64,000 nucleotides of DNA from Tubiluchus corallicola (Eukaryota > Animalia > Priapulida). Positions 37,231 to 48,865 of the stretch are shown piece by piece (within the stretch, counting starts at the first letter, position 1; the number at the start of each line of letters is the position of its first letter). The notes under the pieces were generated by a model. It was not told the origin of the DNA. It did not search any database and saw nothing but the letters and a program-made list of their open reading frames with translations. Made by a program: the position numbers and the translations under genes. The stretch lies in assembly GCA_030141605.1 (NCBI GenBank), contig JAQGDQ010000101.1, positions 253,017 through 317,016 of the forward strand, read 5' to 3'.

Positions 37231-37713
37231 TTCACTATGTATATTTAGCCTTTGTAATTTATCATTTTAGTCTTTATCAAATTCAAACTCTTTTATGAAT
37301 AAAAACAAAAATAAAAATATAAGTTAAGTAAATTTTAAGCCATGGCTAATAAAACCTTAATTATTTCGTAACGTAACTTAGCTTTTATAGTTAAAAACAA
37401 CACAACTTTTTTAAAACTTTTACTTTACATAGCTAAAATGATGTCAAACGTTTTGACAGATTACTGCTGTCATCGTCATGGCAGCTTTTTAACTTCTATT
37501 ATTATTTTCATTTTTGTTCATTAAAGAGTTTGAATTTGATAAAGACTTAAATTATAAATTACTAAGGCTAAATGTACATAGTGAATCATGCCAAACGTTT
37601 CGACAGACTGCAGCTGCCATCATTAAGATGATACAGCAGTGGCCTGTCGAAACATTTGACATGATTTTAATTACGTAAAGTAAAAGTTTTAATAAAGTTG
37701 TGTTATTTTTAAG
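37231..37713. mobile_element. Penelope-like element terminal fragments in inverted arrangement
   Basis: Interleaved inverted repeats and three degenerate hammerhead-like motifs (…TGAYGA-stem-GAAAC-like) followed by AT-rich AATAAA tails. Confidence 0.55.
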
Positions 37714-38276
37714 TGCCTGTAATAAAAAAGTAACTTTAACTTTTTTAATTTTACTTCACCTTATTAGCCTATTTATCATTATTACATGCTGCTTTGTTTT
37801 TATTCATGACTATGTATAATTGCATTAGAATTGATAATTATGTTTATTATTCTCGTTGTTTTTCGTTGTGTATAGTACGTTTTGATTTTGTTACTATATA
37901 TAAAAATAAGCTCGTTGTTTTCATTGAGTGTAGTGCGTTAGACTCTAAAATTGTGCATATGACAATAAGTTTAATGCTTTGTAAATGCTTTTTGCAATTT
38001 TAAAACTTTTCCCAGCAAATAGAGGTAATGTATATTGTAGATGGATTCTTAAAAATAAATAAATAAATAATAATAAAAATAATATAGATAATCTTAACAA
38101 TAATAACAATAATAATAATATAATAATAATAATAATAATAATAAATGGTTAATATGTATATATATAAACATATAGCAACAGGCACTATTACAACTGTTGC
38201 TGTATAAGTTTGGAAGTTAAATAAATTATATAAGATTAAACTGTTCTTGAATCTCTTTGTTCTGCATCTAAATAAG

Positions 38277-38432
38277 TGTTATGGTTCTTTATTAAAAAAA
38301 AGACAATTGTTTGCAAGCAACCAAGACATAAATTGGATCTTGTCACGAAATTGCTTTGTTATAAAATTACGCCATTTTGCACGATGTCTCCTCATTGCAC
38401 AAATCAGCTCCGTTCTACTAATTGCCTTTACA
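38277..38432 (-). repeat. 3' LTR (156 bp)
   Basis: Differs from 43755-43909 by one substitution and one homopolymer indel. Confidence 0.93.
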
Positions 38433-38852
38433 TTCTCCCGAACGTATAAAAACCTTAAAAAGGCAATTTGTACAATTTAAACACAATTACTCAATGCTAC
38501 AGTTACTATTCTAACTGTCTCAAACAAACTAAGAAGCAACTTGCAATTGCACAAATTTTGAAACTATAACAGGGTTATTAACAAAGCTCCATCCACACTA
38601 TTACATACTGCTGCCAATATGCTCTTAATTAACCTTGTCAACCAATACTAAATACAAAAGCATAGCTAGCACTATATTATGCAGTAAACTCTAACATCTA
38701 GTGTTTCACACTTGCATTGCAAAACCCTCTTGCAGTACAATTCTGATGAAAGTATATAAGCCATCTAAACATACAAATTTTTCAAAAATATTTGTACTAT
38801 AATTAAGTAAACATACACTTTTAACTATAATGCCAAATGTAATCTAAACGAT

Positions 38853-40589
38853 CTAAACATCAAAAATCTTAGGGGGAACAGACTTTCTCCCTGAACGAGT
38901 ATAATAAGCTGGCACATAAGACGAGCGTCCTAACTCAACATCAAATTCAGAATCACTGCTGTCACTACTTTCTTCATCGGACTCAATTAAATCATCTACG
39001 TCTGAATTATTTGCAACATCATCATCATCAACAATCTCATCATGGATTACATCATTAACAACATTATGATTGTCCTTTCTAACATCAGGAAGTTGCCACA
39101 TGTGATCTACATCTACACATACATTTTCATCGGCACATGCATCAGCTGGTTCTGCACCTGCCAAACTTGATTCAAGCTGAATTATATCATTAGCTTGATC
39201 AATATTTACATCACACAGTTTTAAATGATTTCCATGCACTAGCATTGGCTTACCATTTGCTGACTGAATTACATAATCAGGTGCTAAATTTTTAACGACT
39301 TTATACGGCCCTTCATACCGTTTAGCTAATTTCTTTTTTCTACCACGCTTTACAGCAAATACTTTCAGCTTAACTTTATCACCAACTACTATTAAGCCTC
39401 TAGACTTGCTCAACCTCATACGGCTATTTTGATATGCTATAATGTTTTGCTTTGCTATGTTATAGCTATCATTTATATCTATACGCAAATCACTAACATA
39501 ATGGTTATAACTATCATGCAAGCTAAGTACATGTGGTGAATCAAACTCAGCTTCTAATAAAGTACGGGGCTTTTCACCAAATACTAACTCATAAGGAGGA
39601 AACTGAGTTGTAGCATGAACTGATGTTCTGTATGCTGCCAAAGCTGCAGGAACAAATTTGTCCCAGTCATCTTGCTTATCATTTACATAGTGAGACAATA
39701 TTTGACACACTGTATCATTGAACTTTTCTGTCTGTCCATTGGTTGCGGGATGGTACTTGGATGTTCTGAGCTTTTTAATCCCTAGCCATTTACACAACTC
39801 ATTAATGACTTTGCCAACTACATTAGCTCCTTGATCAGACAATAAGGTTTGCGGTACACCATACCTGCTTATAAAATCTATCAGCTTTTCTGCTATAACT
39901 GCCGCTGTTTGATTTGCAATCGGATATGCCACTACCCACTTAGAAAACAAATCAGAAATTACGAGCAAATATCTATTGCCACTGCTTGAATGAGTTAGCT
40001 CCAAAATGTCGAGTGATATCTGCGCAAACTTTTTGCCTAGTACAGGTGTAGTTCCTAAAGGTTCTCTGTGAGGTCTAGGTGATCTTTTGACTTCGCTACA
40101 GCTTAAACATTGCTGACACTTAGCCCTAACAAATTTCTTCAAATTGAAAAAATAAAATCTAGGAGAGATTTTCTGCACAGTTTTTGCTATACCCAAATGT
40201 CCTGAAATGGGTGCTTCATGTGCTAGCTGAAATATCTTATTCCTAAGCTCTGCTGGAACTAAAAACTGCGACTGCTTTTCTTCACTAGTTTGTCTAGCTA
40301 TCACTCCATCTTCTACTCTTAGGTTATGCTTCTCTTGCAAGTAAAACTCTATTTCTTCATCTGCTGGCTGCTCTGCTAAATCTACTTTTCCTTGCAAGTA
40401 ATCTCTTAGCCACCTAAAATTCTCATTCCGCTCAGTGGCTAATGCTAGCTCTCCATCTGCGCTGTCTGCTTGTTTAGCTTTTGCTCTCCTAGCTACCTCT
40501 TCTCTACGCATTCTTGACAATGCATCTACTTGTGGGATATCTTTCCCTGGCTTATGTACAATTTCAAAATTGTAATCAGCTAAAAACAT
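38853..40589 (-). CDS. pol: End of RNase H plus integrase (HHCC, DDE, GPY) with an acidic tail
   Basis: VDALSR, HEAPISGHLG…CQQCLSC, SLDIL/LSDQG/NGQTEKFN, YEGPY, TRSGR. Separated from RT-RH by the in-frame stop in PKG*LARW. Confidence 0.9.
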   Translation of the reverse strand: MFLADYNFEIVHKPGKDIPQVDALSRMRREEVARRAKAKQADSADGELALATERNENFRWLRDYLQGKVDLAEQPADEEIEFYLQEKHNLRVEDGVIARQTSEEKQSQFLVPAELRNKIFQLAHEAPISGHLGIAKTVQKISPRFYFFNLKKFVRAKCQQCLSCSEVKRSPRPHREPLGTTPVLGKKFAQISLDILELTHSSSGNRYLLVISDLFSKWVVAYPIANQTAAVIAEKLIDFISRYGVPQTLLSDQGANVVGKVINELCKWLGIKKLRTSKYHPATNGQTEKFNDTVCQILSHYVNDKQDDWDKFVPAALAAYRTSVHATTQFPPYELVFGEKPRTLLEAEFDSPHVLSLHDSYNHYVSDLRIDINDSYNIAKQNIIAYQNSRMRLSKSRGLIVVGDKVKLKVFAVKRGRKKKLAKRYEGPYKVVKNLAPDYVIQSANGKPMLVHGNHLKLCDVNIDQANDIIQLESSLAGAEPADACADENVCVDVDHMWQLPDVRKDNHNVVNDVIHDEIVDDDDVANNSDVDDLIESDEESSDSSDSEFDVELGRSSYVPAYYTRSGRKSVPPKIFDV

Positions 40590-40604
40590 AATCCACCTTG
40601 CTAG

Positions 40605-41582
40605 TTAACCTTTAGGATCTTTCAATGTGTGGAGCCATTTCAAAGCTTGATGGTCTGTAATTAAAATGAATTTTTGACCCAACAAATAATGCTTGAATTT
40701 TTCTACACTTCTAATAACAGCCAACAACTCTTTTTGTGTAGTTGTATAATTCAATTCCGCTGAACTAAATAAACTAGAGGCATACGAGATCACATACTCA
40801 TGGTTATTTTTGTCAAACTGGCTCAGAACACAACCCCAACCTACACCACTACCATCCGTGGTTAAACGAAATGTCACTTCTGAGTCTGGGTTTCTTAAAA
40901 CAGGTTCACATATCAATTTCGCTTTTAAACAATTAAATGCTAGATTACAATCCTCTGACCATATGAATGGTACATCTTTTCGTGTCAGCTTAGTTAGAGG
41001 TGCAACTATGGTTGCAAAATTGGGAATGAAGTGTCTGAAATAACTACAAAACCCAACAAACTGTCTGATTTCTTTAACATTAGTGGGACACTTCCATGCT
41101 TGTATGGCTTCAATTTTACTTTGTTCAGGAAATACGCAACAGGATGCAACCCTGTGACCTAAAAATGTTACTTCATTTTTAGCAATGTGGCATTTCTCTA
41201 GTTTTAGTTTCAGACCAAAATGCCCAATACGTTCAAAAACTTCGCCTAAATGTACTAAGTGCTCCTCAAAAGTATCACTAAAAATTAGTACATCATCTAA
41301 ATAAATAAGAGCAGTTTTCCACTGTAAACCTTTAAAAATTAAGGTCATTAACCTTTGAAAGGTACAAGGTGCATCACATAACCCAAAAGGGAGTACTGAA
41401 AATTGAAACTGTCCGGCTTCTGTTAAAAAAGCTGTTTTCTCTTTGGCATCCAGTTCTAAAGGAATCTGCCAGTAACTTGCTTTCTGGTCCAGTGTTGTAA
41501 ACCAAGCTGCGTTTCCTACACTATTGAGTAGCTGATCCATCCTTGGAAGTGGAAATGAACTTTTATGTGTAACAGCATTCAA
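40605..41582 (-). CDS. pol: Reverse transcriptase and RNase H fragment
   Basis: LPFGL, YLDD, TDGS, ELLAV and TDH motifs. The frame continues upstream (SPWASP…RFCVDYRRLN) to a frameshift near 41674. Confidence 0.92.
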   Translation of the reverse strand: MNAVTHKSSFPLPRMDQLLNSVGNAAWFTTLDQKASYWQIPLELDAKEKTAFLTEAGQFQFSVLPFGLCDAPCTFQRLMTLIFKGLQWKTALIYLDDVLIFSDTFEEHLVHLGEVFERIGHFGLKLKLEKCHIAKNEVTFLGHRVASCCVFPEQSKIEAIQAWKCPTNVKEIRQFVGFCSYFRHFIPNFATIVAPLTKLTRKDVPFIWSEDCNLAFNCLKAKLICEPVLRNPDSEVTFRLTTDGSGVGWGCVLSQFDKNNHEYVISYASSLFSSAELNYTTTQKELLAVIRSVEKFKHYLLGQKFILITDHQALKWLHTLKDPKG

Positions 41583-41625
41583 ACGTCTGTAATCTACGCA
41601 GAATCTATATTTTCCATCATGATGC

Positions 41626-43500
41626 TTACGGACAAGGGCTATCGGACTTGCCCATGGTGACTCGGTTTCTTCTAACCTGCTGCTCTAGCATCTCCTTAAG
41701 CTGTTCATCAACTTCCTGTTTTAAATGAACAGGCACGCGATATGGCTTTTGCTTTATAGGTGGTCCTGTTACCTTAATTGCATGCTCAACACTATGCACT
41801 CGTCCTAGCTCACCATGCAAGGAGAAGATATCTTTGTGCTCGATCAACAGATCTTGCAATTTCTGCTTCTGCTTTTTATTTAGATTGGATAAATCAATCT
41901 CCTTGATTTGCTTCAAATCACCTGGTTCCTCTACTAAAGCTTTATTTTGCTGCATAGACTCAACAGTAACAGCATTAGCAAGAGGCTCACAATCACCAGA
42001 CTGCAATCTTCCCAGCACGGAAGCCGACTGCAACACAACAGGATGTTTTGTGAAATTCATCAATCGTACTGGAATATTCTCTGAATCAGGATTAACACAG
42101 GCTCGAGCTAAAGCCAAACCTGGAATCCCCACAACTGCTGGTTCTAGAAATATTGTACGACGAGTTACAAACGGTCGACTACTTTTTGCCAAGATCATGG
42201 TCTCAGACACTGGTGGCAAAACAACATTTTCTCGGCAAGTGACAATGGGCACTGGTACTCCGTTTCGATATGCTGTCACAGGTGCTCCTTCTACAGTTAC
42301 AGCACCACGCCCATGGTCAATGACAACATTAGCTGCTCGTAAGAAATCAATGCCTAAAATCATAGCATCATCGCAATCTGCTACGATGAACTGAAGCTTG
42401 ATATTCCTTGTATCAGACACAGGAATTGTAATAACAGTAGTGCCATGCACTTCCAAACTAATGCTTTGATCAGCTGCTACCACATTTACGGAAGTAGGCA
42501 CAAAACTAATTCCAGCTTGTTGTACAGCTTTTAAACTGATCAAAGAACGCGTCGAACCTCCATCTAATATAGCTAATATTTCTCTCTGACCCAGAGTCAG
42601 TTTCACACCCAAGCTATCATCTTCACCAGTAATTCCTCTGCTTAAAGTTGCAGAAGTTGTATCAGATTTCACGGCTGTTGGAGATTTAGCTAAAGTACAG
42701 TTGCGAGCTATGTGCCCCTTTTGTTTACATGCATTACACGAGGTATAACATTTTCGTGCTAGATGACCCCTCAATCCACTCTTGAAACATTTCATGCATG
42801 ATTCTGGTGTATGCCCTGGCTTTTTGCAGTACTTGCAAACTATACTAGACTGAAGTGGCTTTTCGTGATGAGCACTCTTATTAAACTGACGTCTTGCTGT
42901 AGGTTGCTGTCTCCGTTCAACACTATTTTCTTGCTTACTAACTACATCTCTCGTAATTAGAACACTATCTAATTGCTTAATAGCTGCTTCGAGTGTATGA
43001 TTGTCAGCTTCATAAAACTTTGTGCGCAGTTCTGGTTTAAGACCCTCTATGAAACGTTGTACACAAAATCGGTCAATCACATTAGCATCAGTTATTTCAG
43101 GATTAGCCGCCTGAAATAGTTTCTTAAGCTCGCTTGCATATGTGAATGGTGACTCATCTCGCTTCAGAGTTCGCTGATTAAACTGGGTAAGATACAATCG
43201 CTGTGCTTGCTCAGGGCGAAAAATACACTTTAGGTGCGCTTTCAACTGTTCATAATCATTAGCTGTATCAGGTAGGGTATCTAATGCATTCTCTGCTTCA
43301 CCATGCAGCAAGGATGGCAATACTTGGAATTTCTTAGTATTATCCCAGTTATTTGCTATTGCTACTCGTTCAAATCTCTTAATAAATTTATCAAAGTCTG
43401 AACTGCCATCGAAGCTCGGTGCTTGTACTACCGGTAATGACGCTACAGGAGCTGCTGGGACTCCAGCTACATTACCACCATCTGGTTCTTGATCGCTCAT
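41626..43500 (-). CDS. gag: Gag (capsid plus three CCHC-type knuckles), protease and start of RT, frameshifted
   Basis: FDGSSDFDKFIKRFE capsid start, three knuckles, LDGGS…ILGIDFL protease, PIKQKPYRVP RT start. Confidence 0.9.
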   Translation of the reverse strand: MSDQEPDGGNVAGVPAAPVASLPVVQAPSFDGSSDFDKFIKRFERVAIANNWDNTKKFQVLPSLLHGEAENALDTLPDTANDYEQLKAHLKCIFRPEQAQRLYLTQFNQRTLKRDESPFTYASELKKLFQAANPEITDANVIDRFCVQRFIEGLKPELRTKFYEADNHTLEAAIKQLDSVLITRDVVSKQENSVERRQQPTARRQFNKSAHHEKPLQSSIVCKYCKKPGHTPESCMKCFKSGLRGHLARKCYTSCNACKQKGHIARNCTLAKSPTAVKSDTTSATLSRGITGEDDSLGVKLTLGQREILAILDGGSTRSLISLKAVQQAGISFVPTSVNVVAADQSISLEVHGTTVITIPVSDTRNIKLQFIVADCDDAMILGIDFLRAANVVIDHGRGAVTVEGAPVTAYRNGVPVPIVTCRENVVLPPVSETMILAKSSRPFVTRRTIFLEPAVVGIPGLALARACVNPDSENIPVRLMNFTKHPVVLQSASVLGRLQSGDCEPLANAVTVESMQQNKALVEEPGDLKQIKEIDLSNLNKKQKQKLQDLLIEHKDIFSLHGELGRVHSVEHAIKVTGPPIKQKPYRVPVHLKQEVDEQLKEMLEQQVRRNRVTMGKSDSPCP

Positions 43501-43740
43501 AATGGTATGCTATTTGCTTGCTATGTTATCTTACCATAAAATGTTATTTCCGCTAACAGTAAATGCTATAATTCATCACCATGCCAGCTAAAAGCACCAG
43601 ACGCTGCTATACCGCCAACCTTGTCCAATCATAACCATGCTTGCTATCGTCGCTGTTTCACTACCGCTGTCAAATTGCTATTAAAACACTATAATAACAT
43701 TTTATCCTTGATCCTGGATTCCTGATCTTGGATCCCTGAT

Positions 43741-43752
43741 ATCCCACCGCTG
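43741..43752 (-). promoter_or_regulatory. PBS-like 12-mer matching tRNA-Leu(AAG/TAG) but lacking the TGGTGG portion
   Basis: The minus strand after the LTR reads AA-CAGCGGTGGGAT. Confidence 0.7.
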
Positions 43753-43754
43753 TT

Positions 43755-43909
43755 TGTTATGGTTCTTTATTAAAAAAAGACAATTGTTTGCAAGCAACCA
43801 AGACATAAATTGGATCTTGTCACGAAATTGCTTTGTTATAAAATTACGCCATTTTGCACGAGGTCTCCTCATTGCACAAATCAGCTCCGTTCTACTAATT
43901 GCCTTTACA
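43755..43909 (-). repeat. 5' LTR (155 bp)
   Basis: Direct repeat of 38277-38432. Confidence 0.93.
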
Positions 43910-46182
43910 TAAGGGGGATTTGATGGTGGCGAGTGTTATATCTATGACTATGGTCACCTGGCAATAGAGTGTGGATTTTGTTATTAGGATTTTGATTTGA
44001 TGAGAATAACTTTTTGCAAGAATTTCGGCGACAGTTAAATAAAGGTTGAACATCAGAGCAGAGCCAACTTGCATAGTTTTCATTTGAAAAAATTATTTCC
44101 TATGAACGTTTTTGAACTGTTTCTAACAAATCAGAGAGATTTTTGCAGAGAGATGTGTGTCGTTACTTACAGGCTTATATTTATATTGTATAATGTAATT
44201 AAGGTAAGTTACTGTTATTAGCGTCAAACAAAGGCTACACTCAATTAGGTTACCCTAAATAATATAACAGCTGCATCTGCTTTGCTCAGGTAAAATTAAT
44301 TAGGACTAATGTATTACCTGATGTACAATCCAATTTTAATGAACTAACATGGATGTGCCGCAAAAGATGCGTTACTTAATTACTTTGCTTAATTACGATA
44401 ATGGTGGCGTTGGTCAACTCGAACAAAAGAAAAATCCGTGAATTATTTAATTAATCATGAGCACGGCGAAGTTGAAAGACGTACACGAGTTTCCCAGTTA
44501 ATCAAGTATGCAGCAGATATGGCAACATCAATATCTACGCAAGGCAATTTTAACTCATTTAACTCAATTTTAGGTCTTCTAAAATTAACGAATTCTTTGA
44601 AAAATTTGTTTTTTGATTGAATGTCTTTGTAGTCATCACAGACATTTTAGCATTGTACATTGAAGTGAATTCTAAGCAGGCTTCAAAGAAAAATTCTAAA
44701 CCGGTATCCTTTCTTTGGAAACATGTGGAGTTTTTTATTGGAAGTTTCAGCAAAAAGACAATTTAAAAAACGTTGCAAAATACGTTAGCGTTTCGTGGTC
44801 AGTGTTTTTCATTGTAGAAAATTATTAAAGTGTCAATAAAATTTATTCAGCATTTCATTTTATTAAAACTAAAAAAAATTAATCCTGTCAAAATGATAGT
44901 TCGTTGGTGAATGACTCAATAACCGTTGTTTTCTATTCGCTGTGCATATTTTTTTAAAGTTGATAGCTTAACTAGTTTATACGGAGATATGGCAGTTATT
45001 AGTTTTACAGCATGGCTTTCTGGTAAATACAATAATGAATTACTGCGTTATTTATTCTTCTGGCATTAAATTATTTAAGAGCCGGGTTCTGTGTTGATAA
45101 GTCGGAAGCCAGTGCAATTATTGGAATTACTAGAAGGTATCTAGTGAAATGGAGCATATGACAATTTTTACTTTAAGCTAATGCAACAAATGATTGCCTT
45201 TGTTAATTAGCGTTCTGGCACTAAATTATTCAGGAAAACGCTTCTGGTTTAATTAGGGAAATTATGAGAAGCTAATTACTGAAAATAAGCAATGAGTAGA
45301 TGGTAATTTGGACTTTGTTCTTATGGCAGCAATGCTATAATAAATTAATGCATTAATTAGTCTTCTGGCACTAAATTATTCAGGAAAAGGCTTCTAGTTT
45401 GATCAGTGGAACGAGAGGGGAATTTATGGAGTTAGGGGAAGCTAATTAGTGAATCTGAGCATATGATAACTTCTACATTGGTCTTATGGCGGTAATATAA
45501 TAATGACTTACTACATTAAGTATTCTTCTGTGTCTAAATTATTTAAGAACAGGTTTCTGGTTTTCCAAAAGATTTGTATATTATGTTTGAATGACATTCG
45601 CTTGTTGGCTTACACATATGTCAGAAATTTTGTTCATTTGTAATTTTTTGATCTTTCTATAAAAGAGTAAAAAGTGCAGACATGTGGGCTGAATTCGATA
45701 TCGAAAAAAACCTCCTCAACTTTGTTTCTGATTCAAATAAATATAATTATGTGAAATTAAACCTGCTTTCCACAATCGTGTTTTATACATGAGAAAGAAA
45801 TCAAGAACGTCGATTAAAACAAGCGCATAATTATTACAATTCGCTTAGTTAGCTAAAAAAAATCGAACAAGGCAGAGACGAATATTCATATCCTTATGTC
45901 AGCAAGACTTAGTAATTTGTATACGTTTGCCTGGGCCTAAAATTTCTTCTCTGTTACTGAAAACAGCTAATATACAGACCACAAATATTTTTAATATCGG
46001 TTTACTGCAGATTTGAACTTTCATTTATATTATTAAATCAGACATTATCAATCGATTGAATCACTGGTGTGTATATTCTAACATTTTACTCTTCGACCAG
46101 ATGTTCAAATCTTTAGGCACATTTAATTACACTTTTATATAAAATTTTTAAATACCAAAATAATAGTCAGAAATTATTATTA

Positions 46183-46187
46183 GAGAG

Positions 46188-46235
<48 letters not shown>
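46183..46235. repeat. (GA)n microsatellite
   Basis: Seen directly. Confidence 0.95.
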
Positions 46236-46238
<3 letters not shown>

Positions 46239-48311
46239 TCTTTATCTTGCTCAGCGATTTCCGCAAGTCCAATTCACAGACCACTTCAAAAAATGAGCCA
46301 TTCTTCATCTTTCTGCAGATAACTTAAAGGAAGCCATGATGATTTTTCATAAACTACCTCATTTTCAAGTCCGATAAAAAGTATATACAATTAACACAAT
46401 TAATACGGCAAAACTGTTTCTGATAATTAAATAACAGATTAAAAACTTAATTAAAGGCGGGCGAGCCCAACTATGGATGACATCACAAGCGAACATGATT
46501 TTCAACAGCAAAAATATTCCACAGCGTGTTGCACGTGTTTGCAAAAGCAAAAATTGAAGTACAGCACTGCTGTAAGATATTCAGGGTGTTGCAGTAAAAG
46601 TAGGCAAATTTTCAATTAAAAATCCAAATTTCAATTTTTCCGCTTTGCTCACACATGAACCGTGTGTAGATCGTTCCAAACTAACACATCTGAACTGAGA
46701 GGTACAGCACCTGATTTTTTGTGCAATGCATTTCGGAAATGCAGGTGCTAGTGCTCATCTAACCAGCGAATGGCGAAATGCATGTAACAGAGAAAGAACT
46801 AGTGGCGTGAACGTGAAGCTGTGGTTGTGTGGTAATGATTCTTTCACGTAAGTCATTTTTGAAAAAAATTGTGCGTTTCCTTTCAATATTTTAAAGAGTG
46901 GATTGTTTTGACCTACAGGTCATGATTTGCTTTATAGCATGTCGCAAGCTAGACTTGTAAGTAAGAAACAATAACTAATAAGAAACTCCACAGGTGTAAC
47001 CCCATTCAATGGTTATACAGGTATATTTTTTACACGTAAACAAATTATATTTAATGAACATTTATTTTGCCGTAAGCCTAACTGAATCTTAAAAAATCAT
47101 GCTAAATATAAGTGACGTCTGCACATTGTATACAAATAATGAATATTACATATATATATATTAAATTGTATGTATGTCTTCTATGGATTTTTGACCCTAA
47201 TAAACACATATCTAAATATAGGGCTAATGTTTGATTATATGCAGGGCTAATGTTTGATTATATGCTTTTTAAACACATTTTAACTCAAAATTAATCAAAC
47301 ATGCAGATGTTTAGATTAAGTTTTATTCTGGAAAAATTATTTGCTCCTCTGAAAATTTTTTTTTCTATTAAAGATATGTTACAAATGAAAGTCAGGCATA
47401 ATTCTATTCAATATTTTTTTATTTGGCTAATTTGCCACACAAAACATTACAACTACATACATAACGCTGATCACATTACGATAATAAAAACAGGTATCTA
47501 CGATTTGAAAATTGTACAAACCAGCCTCGAGGAGAGTAGAAGCGTGAGCTTTCGAGACTCCGGGACTGCGCAAACACTTGTAGTACGTACAAAATAGCTC
47601 AAAGTTAGAACAATATTCAGCTATAAAAACAATTAATGATAATAATACAGACAAATGAGATCAGAGGTGTTTAAAAACGCCAATTAGCAGGTTAGGTAAC
47701 GTGTTGGTAACAAATCAAATATATGTTTTTTAAAACGTTGAAATTGAAGTTCTTTTGGCCATGCACATAATATTTTCTCAAGCTACAGATTCTGATAAGG
47801 TGATATTAAACGGGATAGTTTTTCAGAAAAACATATTTCTATGTAAATATTTTTCTACGTGAGCGAGGTATTTGCACACTTTCTTTATGATCAACTTTCT
47901 TAACTCTTGTAAATAAGCCTATTAATTTTCAAGAGAAGTGAATATAATAGTTTTCGTTTTAACTAATAATTATTCTTAGTAGCTAAAACTTGCTTTAAAT
48001 AATATTCAAAAATATCGCAGCTACTGTAAATCACCAAAGACAGATGTAGGCAGTCTTTGCTTAGTGTACAAACTTGTAACAAAGTTACAAAACTGTGTTA
48101 TGAATAACATTTTGGTGAAATTGAATTCTCGGGAAATTTAAAAAAATATATTTTATAGTTTTTATTTGTGTTTTTACAATTCATTGCTGCGCCAACCGGC
48201 ATGGCTCAGTAATGCTCTGCCGCTAGGGCGGCACTAGCTGCGTGAAGTGCTGTGCCGTAGCACTTTTTCAACTTTATGACTTTGGGATAATTTTTTTCAG
48301 CCTTTGTCTAA

Positions 48312-48685
48312 TAGTCGTACCTATGATGAGAAGGTTGCCCATATGTAGGGCGCGAAAAGAATAATGGATGACAGCAAACGCCATTTTTATGTGTAAAATT
48401 ATTATGTTTTCTGTGGTTTCAAGTAATCACCAGTAATTAAGTGAATTACTTTGTGAATTCAATAATTTGTGCGAAACAGTCGAGCAAAATGAGAGATCTG
48501 AACAGAATTGTGTCAAAATAATAAGAAATTAACATTATTAAATGAGACTTGCATTTCGTTACTGAGTTTCAGAAGTATGAGCTGTAACAGTAAAGAACGG
48601 TGTGAACTAAAACTATACAAATTTTCTACATATTCATCCAACACGAGTCTACGAGAGCAATTTTATCACAAAATCAAGGTTTGTG
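48312..48685 (+). repeat. Dispersed ~370-bp repeat, second copy at ~57227-57592
   Basis: Colinear match starting TAGTCGTACCTATGATGAGAAGGTTGCCC. Confidence 0.85.
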
Positions 48686-48865
48686 CTGTAACAACGAAGT
48701 ATTAAAGTGTCATGGCTGAACCGGATGCCATTTGCAATTCCGAACTTTCGGAGAATGTAGCTACAGAGATTATCCATGTGACGTCATTGCGCAAGGAGTT
48801 ATGGGCAGCGCGCCATATTGGACGGTATTAGTAGCCACACCGCAGCGTTTGTTCATTAGAGTTTA

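Larger units (their letters stand above)
38277..43909 (-). mobile_element. Degenerate Ty3/Gypsy LTR retrotransposon, canonical gag-PR-RT-RH-IN order
   Basis: 156/155-bp TG…CA LTRs, 4-bp TSD TAAG (38273-76, 43910-13), empty site in copy A near 27345, PPT at 38433-38439. Confidence 0.95.

Noticed and set aside
41660-41690. Programmed gag-pol frameshift in the second Gypsy
   Set aside because: The shift falls inside RT (VIEE.ESPW motif) with no slippery heptamer, and the element has a further nonsense codon, so this is decay.
41834-42394. 186-aa antisense ORF, and other short antisense ORFs within the gag-pol genes
   Set aside because: Shadow frames of the real coding strand with no recognisable domain.
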